Source: Candidatus Competibacter sp.
Lineage (GTDB): Bacteria > Pseudomonadota > Gammaproteobacteria > Competibacterales > Competibacteraceae
NCBI GenBank assembly: GCA_049663445.1
Contig: JBATDL010000744.1
Location: 1-32,088 of the forward strand
DNA: 32,088 bases
Direction: 5' to 3'
Part shown: positions 31,263 through 32,088 of the stretch, in pieces
Numbering within the stretch: the first letter of the stretch is position 1
How the letters are laid out: the number at the start of each line of letters is the position of its first letter
The notes under the pieces: model-generated
The model's database searches: none
Seen by the model: the letters and a program-made list of their open reading frames with translations, nothing else
What the model was told of the DNA's origin: nothing
Program-made: the position numbers and the translations under genes

Positions 31263-31534
31263 ACCCTCAGGGGATTGTCAACGCTTCAGCAGCATGGCGT
31301 CAATTGCGGATCGCGCTTCGACGATCACTCACCGCATCGCCGAGGAAACGCGGGATACTGCTCTAGTCGTTCTGAAGAGCGTCATCAAGCATGATGTGAT
31401 CACGGAAACGGCGGGGGAGGCTATTGTAGTTTGAGTGCGGTCTAAGACAGCATTTTCAAGAAATGCCGCTTCATCCTAATGACGCTCATGGGATGCTTGA
31501 TGGGAAAAAACGGGTTTCTTGCGGCAAACTACGC

Positions 31535-31563
31535 TGGTTAGGTATTTGCCTAACCACCTGATT
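31535..31563 (-). promoter_or_regulatory. Hairpin and IHF-consensus site immediately 3' of tRNA-Leu(TAA)
   Basis: TGGTTAGG-TATTTG-CCTAACCA stem. Minus-strand AATCAGGTGGTTA matches WATCARNNNNTTR. Confidence 0.5.
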
Positions 31564-31565
31564 TA

Positions 31566-31651
31566 TGGTGCTGGTGGTGGGACTCGAACCCACAAGGCCG
31601 CGAAGCCGCAGGATTTTAAGTCCTGTGTGTATACCATTCCACCACACCAGC
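31566..31651 (-). tRNA. tRNA-Leu (anticodon TAA)
   Basis: GCTGGTG/CACCAGC acceptor stem, anticodon arm CAGGA-CTTAAAA-TCCTG, long variable arm, GTGGG-TTCGAGT-CCCAC, encoded CCA. Confidence 0.95.
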
Positions 31652-31770
31652 GGGGGTCACTATCGAATCAAACTCACAACCCATAATCCGGTTTCGTTCG
31701 TACCCCATGGCGTACCCCGCGTTCCCACGGGTTGCGCGCATCGCGCAGCGATTCGGACAATCGAGTGTTT

Positions 31771-31800
31771 AGGATAGTCCAAGGGCGTCTAACTTGTCAC
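31771..31800 (-). promoter_or_regulatory. Possible sigma70 promoter for tRNA-Leu(TAA)
   Basis: Minus strand GTGACA-18 nt-TATCCT. Confidence 0.35.
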
Positions 31801-31869
31801 TAGCACCCGCGCGGCTCACAAGGCGCAGGCGGAGACAAGCCGAAGACTACGGGAAGCAGCCGACGCTAT

Positions 31870-32088
31870 CCCGAATTATTCATAAAGAAGGGCGAACCTC
31901 GTTCAACTAATTGATATAATGAGTGTTATGCCAATAACGCTTCGGAGAAGCCAAACGAGGCCGCCCATGTCCCATTCTACCCCGGAGCCATTGCGTTTTC
32001 CCCCGGTCGCCGGCCTGACCGTGCGCGCCGAGTTCGACGGCGGGGCGATGTCGTCGGACATTGGCCCGCTGATTCTGCGCGGCGTCGA
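31870..32088 (+). mobile_element. Left end of an IS1380-family insertion sequence (runs off the window)
   Basis: Candidate terminus CCCGAATTATTCATA, AT-rich leader with extended -10 TGaTATAAT (31912-31920), followed by the transposase start. The exact end cannot be confirmed without the right IR. Confidence 0.75.
31967..32088 (+). CDS. IS1380-family DDE transposase, N-terminal fragment
   Basis: Manual translation gives MSHSTPEPLRFPPVAGLTVRAEFDGGAMSSDIGPLILRGV. F-D-G-G-x-x-S-S-D-x-G is the typical IS1380 N-terminal motif. Confidence 0.85.
   Translation, partial: MSHSTPEPLRFPPVAGLTVRAEFDGGAMSSDIGPLILRGV

Noticed and set aside
31294..31434. 46-aa ORF MASIADRAST... after yhbY
   Set aside because: No RBS and no recognisable similarity.
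31796..31870. Frame ending RLREAADAI at the IS junction, reminiscent of an integrase C-terminus
   Set aside because: No start codon, an in-frame stop just upstream, and no catalytic Tyr motif.
1..32088. CRISPR arrays, defence systems, rRNA or known riboswitches
   Set aside because: I saw no regularly spaced repeat-spacer units, no cas or defence motifs and no recognisable aptamer.

Overview
A mostly core-genome window from a GC-rich gammaproteobacterium. The gene order and protein character suggest Chromatiales-like/Competibacteraceae, but this is inference and was not checked. From left to right: the 5' part of a branched-chain amino acid ABC operon (livK-livH), ttcA, a DUF465/YdcH-like protein, a multiply frameshifted helix-hairpin-helix pseudogene, a 955-aa DUF349 protein plus an EamA transporter, and an orphan phosphoribulokinase. 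Next come DUF2818, a complete 14-gene nuoA-N complex I operon (unfused nuoC/nuoD), tRNA-Leu(GAG), secG, tpiA, glmM, folP, ftsH, rlmE, a small membrane ORF and yhbY. The window ends with tRNA-Leu(TAA), flanked by att-like signals, and the left end of an IS1380-family element. I cannot support a new multi-gene system. The best lead is a shared operator-like motif (TTGCTG[C/G]A[T/C]CG[C/G]A, resembling a PhaR box). It recurs at the promoters of prk, livK and the DUF465 gene and may define a carbon-storage regulon that includes phosphoribulokinase. The second lead is the integration-site-like architecture around tRNA-Leu(TAA).
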